The notes under the pieces were generated by a model. It was given only the letters and a program-made list of their open reading frames with translations, was not told the origin of the DNA and searched no databases. From NCBI GenBank assembly GCA_039715015.1, contig JBDLIE010000016.1:1-64000 (forward strand): 64,000 bases of DNA. The letters run 5' to 3'. Each line of letters begins with the position of its first letter. Position 1 is the first letter of the stretch. The position numbers were made by a program, and so were the translations under genes. Source of the DNA: Thermodesulfobacteriota bacterium. Lineage in GTDB: Bacteria > Desulfobacterota > Desulfobulbia > Desulfobulbales > SURF-16. Shown one piece after another: positions 59,991-64,000 of the stretch.

Positions 59991-62093
59991 CTATTTGTTC
60001 TGCAGGTCAAACATAGTCCAGGCCAGGGAGAGAGAAGGCGCCACAAAAAGGGTGGAGATGACAAGGGTGTTACGTTGAAGTTCTTTGTTGGCAGCAAGGG
60101 TGGCGATCCAGGCCAGGGAGGGCTCTCCAGCAAACAAAGAGGTAAGCAGAGGCAAGAGAAGGGCAAGTAAGGTGACAATGCAAAATTCGCTGATCAGCAG
60201 CCGTTTACCGAAAAGTTTTAAACCGTCAAAGGTAGTACGCACCCACAAGAGGCGGCCAAACCCCTTTTTGATTTCTGCAAACTCGCGACCCACTTCGCTG
60301 GCAAGAGATATGGCCCGGCGCGTTGAATCGTTGCTGTTTTCCTTTAAAAGATAAAGGCCATGGTGGTTCTTTTTGATGGTTTTTAAAAGGGCGGTCTGGA
60401 ATTTTTTAAAGAAACCCTTATATCCATATCCCTTCCAGAAGGAAAGATACCCATCCAGCTGTTGTCCCAGTTTCTGAAGTTGAAGGCTGAGCCGGTCAGA
60501 GTTGTCTTTTCGGAGGCGGCGGCAGGTAAAGAAAAGACCGTTGCTGCGCTCTGAGACATCAAGAAGATCAAAATAGCTCTTCTTACCATACTGCTGTTGC
60601 AATTGACTGATGGTCTCCAGGTTTTCCTGGCGGCGCCGGTCATTATCAGGAAGCCATACCTCAAGGGCCGTTGTTTCCTGTTGGGCACTGTCCAGGTTCT
60701 TTTGGGCATCCTTTGCTATAATATTATGCTGCTCGCTCAGAAGCTCTTCTATGAGACCCTGGATAGGTAAAAGTTGCGGGTCCAGTAAAGCCTTCATGAA
60801 GATCTCTTTTTGGCCGACAATCAGGCTGCGTAACAGTTTGAACTCCCGGTCACTGAGGTCCTCCCGCACAGCCAGTTGGACGCGGCGATATTGGCCATCA
60901 AGGCAGTCATAGTCGGCCTTCATGGCATTTGCCAAAGCCTCTTTGGCATTCCAAAAATCTTTTTGCAATTCGTAATAACGGGAGAGAAGAAGGTTGGAGT
61001 AAATAATTTGCCGCGTCTGATGGGCAATATTGCGGGCCTCGTTGAGGTAGCGCACTGTATCGCTGCCTCTGTTTAGTTCAAGGGAGCAAAAGGCCAGGCC
61101 AATATTGGCAGCAAAGCGATCACCATCCTTACGTTTGTTTTCTTTTTCAAGTATCTCAGAGGCCTGTTCATGTTGACCGACCCGGAGACAATCAAGGCCC
61201 AAGTGCAGGTTGCTGTTGTCAATCTTGATGCGATCCGAAAGGAAGATGGCGTCCCACTGACTGTATCCGGAAAAAGCAAAATTCCACAAGAAACGGGGCT
61301 GGTAGACGGCTGAAACATCAAAAAATGAGATGAAGACAAGCAGCTCTGGGTTTTTGCGGACCTGGACAGGGTTTACCCCCGCGGCAAGGAGATTGATGAT
61401 GTCAGGTTTTTCAGGAAAAATCTCCCTGTAGGTGGTGTTTAGCAGGGGGTAGGTCAAATAGCCGACATCAGCAAGGCCCCATGTTGACATTGAAAGAAAT
61501 TTAGAAGGGCATAGGGAGGCGTGATGAGCTGTCATCCCACAGTAGAAACACTCGGGGCCCTTGCCAGCAACCGGGAGGGTGCGGTATGCCAGCAATTTAG
61601 CCTTTTTGCCAACATCATGATCAAAAAATATAACTCTGCACAGACCAGTACTATCTGACAGGATTTTATGAGCGGGGAATTTGCCCACGTTTTTGGAGGC
61701 ATCCTGCCATTGTTCGGCCAGGGGGTCAGTAATATAGATTTCCTCATGATGGAGGGAGTCCCAGCTGGCGTGGTCTGGAGGCATGTCATCGGTTCCTTTC
61801 TCCTCTGGGGCCAAACCCACGACGATTTGGAGAGGACAGGGGCCGCTGGATGATTTCCAGCCATGCTCTTTTTTACTCTTTAAAAGGGCAGAAAGCAGGT
61901 AGGTGAAGGCTGCCAGGCCCTGATCAAAGGTGAAAATAAGAATTTTATCACTGCTCAGCTCTGCCTCACTGCCATGATGGCGGAGTTCGTTGCGAAGAAA
62001 ATCAATAAAAGGGAGCCAGCGGTTTCCAAGTATTTTTTCTCCCTGTTGGGCAATGGAGTGGATGGAGAGAAGAAGCTTCAGATTCTGAGCCAT
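59991..62093 (-). CDS. Membrane-anchored TPR-like protein with a CCHC zinc-knuckle motif
   Basis: CFYCGMTAHHASLC, TPR-like helices, a coiled-coil region and two C-terminal TM segments. Confidence 0.75.
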   Translation of the reverse strand: MAQNLKLLLSIHSIAQQGEKILGNRWLPFIDFLRNELRHHGSEAELSSDKILIFTFDQGLAAFTYLLSALLKSKKEHGWKSSSGPCPLQIVVGLAPEEKGTDDMPPDHASWDSLHHEEIYITDPLAEQWQDASKNVGKFPAHKILSDSTGLCRVIFFDHDVGKKAKLLAYRTLPVAGKGPECFYCGMTAHHASLCPSKFLSMSTWGLADVGYLTYPLLNTTYREIFPEKPDIINLLAAGVNPVQVRKNPELLVFISFFDVSAVYQPRFLWNFAFSGYSQWDAIFLSDRIKIDNSNLHLGLDCLRVGQHEQASEILEKENKRKDGDRFAANIGLAFCSLELNRGSDTVRYLNEARNIAHQTRQIIYSNLLLSRYYELQKDFWNAKEALANAMKADYDCLDGQYRRVQLAVREDLSDREFKLLRSLIVGQKEIFMKALLDPQLLPIQGLIEELLSEQHNIIAKDAQKNLDSAQQETTALEVWLPDNDRRRQENLETISQLQQQYGKKSYFDLLDVSERSNGLFFTCRRLRKDNSDRLSLQLQKLGQQLDGYLSFWKGYGYKGFFKKFQTALLKTIKKNHHGLYLLKENSNDSTRRAISLASEVGREFAEIKKGFGRLLWVRTTFDGLKLFGKRLLISEFCIVTLLALLLPLLTSLFAGEPSLAWIATLAANKELQRNTLVISTLFVAPSLSLAWTMFDLQNK

Positions 62094-62169
62094 ATTCTAG
62101 TCTGCCTTTTTAATTATTACTGCAAAAAAGCTGGGGCTGGAGGTGAAAGGCGCAGCTTATGCAAAACAG

Positions 62170-63333
62170 CTAGCTACATTGGTTAAGGATACTGCGTGCT
62201 GCCTGGTTGTCAGGATCTAGTTTAAGGGCTTTGCTGGCACATCTATCAGCCCTGACAACCATGTCCATGGCTAGATAACTGCGAGCAAGGGCAAGGAGAA
62301 GCTCAATATCTTCAGTGAATTTTTGAGCGGCTTTTTCCAGATAGGCACTGGCCTGATTGTGCTGGTTTTTTTCTTGGAGTGCCAGCCCTAAGCGTTTGTG
62401 GATAGACGAACGGCGGGGGGCATTTTTCAGGATGTCCTTGTAGCACTTTATAGCCAAATCTGGAAAACCGTTGTTGCTGGCCATCAGGGCGATCTTTTCA
62501 AGATTATCCTGGTTGGTTGGATCATGCTTAAGAAGCAGGCGCAGCACTTTCTCGGCTTTTTGCGGTTTCTTTTTTTGAATAAGCAGGTCTGCAAATTTAA
62601 AGGCCCTGTCACTGTGGCGTGGACTGATATCCATGGCCCTGCTGTAATAGTCAATGGCCTTGTCCAGTTTCCCCTGATGAAAATAGAGTTGTCCCAGGTA
62701 ATGATAGGATGTGACATCAAGGCGGTTGAGGTCAATGGCAGTGCGGAACTGCACGATGGCCTGTTTAACGTTTTTTATCTTTATGAAGAGGCGGCCCAAT
62801 TCTCGGTAGGGGCGTGAAAGATTCCGGTTGGCCTGGGATGCATCCAAGGCCAGTTTTATGGCTGCTTTAATATCGCCACTTTCTTCTGCGCGCCGTGATT
62901 CCTTGAGAAGTTGGGTGGTCTGGTCAGGGTTTTGGGCCTTGTCTATGAGATCATCAATCTTTGTTTCCAGAGAGGCGGTAACAAATGGTTTGGTGAGGTA
63001 TGCATCAACATCATGTTCTGCCGCTTCGGCAACGACTTCCTTGTTGGCATCTGCCGTGATCATCAGAAAGGGGATTTCACGGAGCAGCTTATCGGCTCGC
63101 ATACGGTGCAAGAGTTCCGTGCCGCTCATGTAGGGCATGTTGTAATCACAGATAATGAAATCGATGCCATGATGTTTTTGCTTTAACATTTTCCATGCTT
63201 CTTTACCGTGGGGGGCCTCAAAATATTTTTTGCCGTATTTGATCAGCTTGAGCATGGCACGCACGGAACGGCGCATGTTGTCCATGTCGTCAATGATCAG
63301 AAAATTCATGTCTTGCGGGGTAAGTGAATTCAT
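62170..63333 (-). CDS. Response regulator receiver + TPR protein
   Basis: IIDD, CDYNMP, ITA and TKPF motifs, followed by TPR repeats. Confidence 0.9.
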   Translation of the reverse strand: MNSLTPQDMNFLIIDDMDNMRRSVRAMLKLIKYGKKYFEAPHGKEAWKMLKQKHHGIDFIICDYNMPYMSGTELLHRMRADKLLREIPFLMITADANKEVVAEAAEHDVDAYLTKPFVTASLETKIDDLIDKAQNPDQTTQLLKESRRAEESGDIKAAIKLALDASQANRNLSRPYRELGRLFIKIKNVKQAIVQFRTAIDLNRLDVTSYHYLGQLYFHQGKLDKAIDYYSRAMDISPRHSDRAFKFADLLIQKKKPQKAEKVLRLLLKHDPTNQDNLEKIALMASNNGFPDLAIKCYKDILKNAPRRSSIHKRLGLALQEKNQHNQASAYLEKAAQKFTEDIELLLALARSYLAMDMVVRADRCASKALKLDPDNQAARSILNQCS

Positions 63334-63369
63334 TAAATAGTCGTATATGTCTCAGAAGGTCACAGGCCT

Positions 63370-64000
63370 TTAGAGGGGAAGTTCGACAAAGAAGCAACTG
63401 CCTTGACCTTCACGGCCCTCAACCCAGATTCGACCCTGGTGCAGCTCAACAGCCAGTCTGCAAAAATGGAGGCCCATGCCGGTTCCCACCAAGGCATCAT
63501 GTTTGTTCGATAACCGGGCGTATTTGTCAAAAATAGTTTCGCTCATCTCAGCCGGGATGCCCGGACCTTCATCAACAAGCATAAAAATAACATGCGATTC
63601 ATGAAGACGGATACCCGCGGTTATTGTCGTCTGCGGGCTGGAGTAACTCACGGCGTTGGCAAGAATATTTTGAAAAACGCGGAGAAGGAGAGTGCGGTCA
63701 ATCCGCAAGACAGGAAGGTCGATCTCTGGATCTTCGTTATGGACAATGCCAATGTCTTTAAGGCGGGCAATGGCCTTAATAGAGGAGAGGGCTTCGCTTA
63801 AAAGATCATGGGGCTTAACATCTTCCTCAAGGAGCTGAAGCTCACCGTCTGAGATTTTGTCCACACTGACCAAGTTACTGACCATGCGGATGGCCCGGTC
63901 GCAGCCGATCTGGGCGCCCTCAAGAAACTCTTTTGTATCATCGGTAATGGAGTAGGAGAGAATATCGAGGTTGGCAACGACCTCGGCCAGAGGTGTTTTC
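63370..64000 (-). CDS. Sensor histidine kinase (5' end outside window)
   Basis: Frame open to the window edge (KTPLAEVVANLD, just after the H-box); NILANA, DEGPG, IFDKY and GTGMGL. Confidence 0.9.
   Translation of the reverse strand, partial: KTPLAEVVANLDILSYSITDDTKEFLEGAQIGCDRAIRMVSNLVSVDKISDGELQLLEEDVKPHDLLSEALSSIKAIARLKDIGIVHNEDPEIDLPVLRIDRTLLLRVFQNILANAVSYSSPQTTITAGIRLHESHVIFMLVDEGPGIPAEMSETIFDKYARLSNKHDALVGTGMGLHFCRLAVELHQGRIWVEGREGQGSCFFVELPL

Overview
Mostly housekeeping and signalling DNA from an anaerobic Desulfobacterota genome. A Desulfobulbales-like sulfur cycler is my inference from gene content, not something the sequence proves. Core genes present: atpF'FHAGDC, rmuC, uppP, trkAH, mnmG, rnr, trmJ-like, gatCA, hisC, cmk and rdgB. 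Several c-di-GMP and two-component genes are also present. Features that stand out: (i) a YeeE/YedE-TusA-DsrE ('YTD'-type) sulfur-relay cluster whose two small downstream genes look like DsrF and a 58-aa DsrH missing from the ORF track; (ii) a ThiC paralogue behind a clear cobalamin riboswitch, best called BzaF; (iii) a thiol/metal-redox region at 1.4-5.7 kb with an 8-Cys-insert CcdA, thioredoxin, an unlisted YHS protein, DsbB/DsbA/TlpA and a His-rich putative leader ORF; (iv) a long RelA/SpoT homologue with an intact hydrolase but a degenerate synthetase; (v) a membrane TPR protein with a retroviral-type CCHC zinc knuckle; (vi) a monohaem cytochrome plus beta-barrel pair; (vii) several small repeat families (GTAG-REP/REPIN and MITE-like elements); and (viii) two +1 homopolymer frameshifts. 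I saw no rRNA, tRNA, CRISPR array, transposase or prophage. All family calls come from motifs read by eye; no database searches were run.
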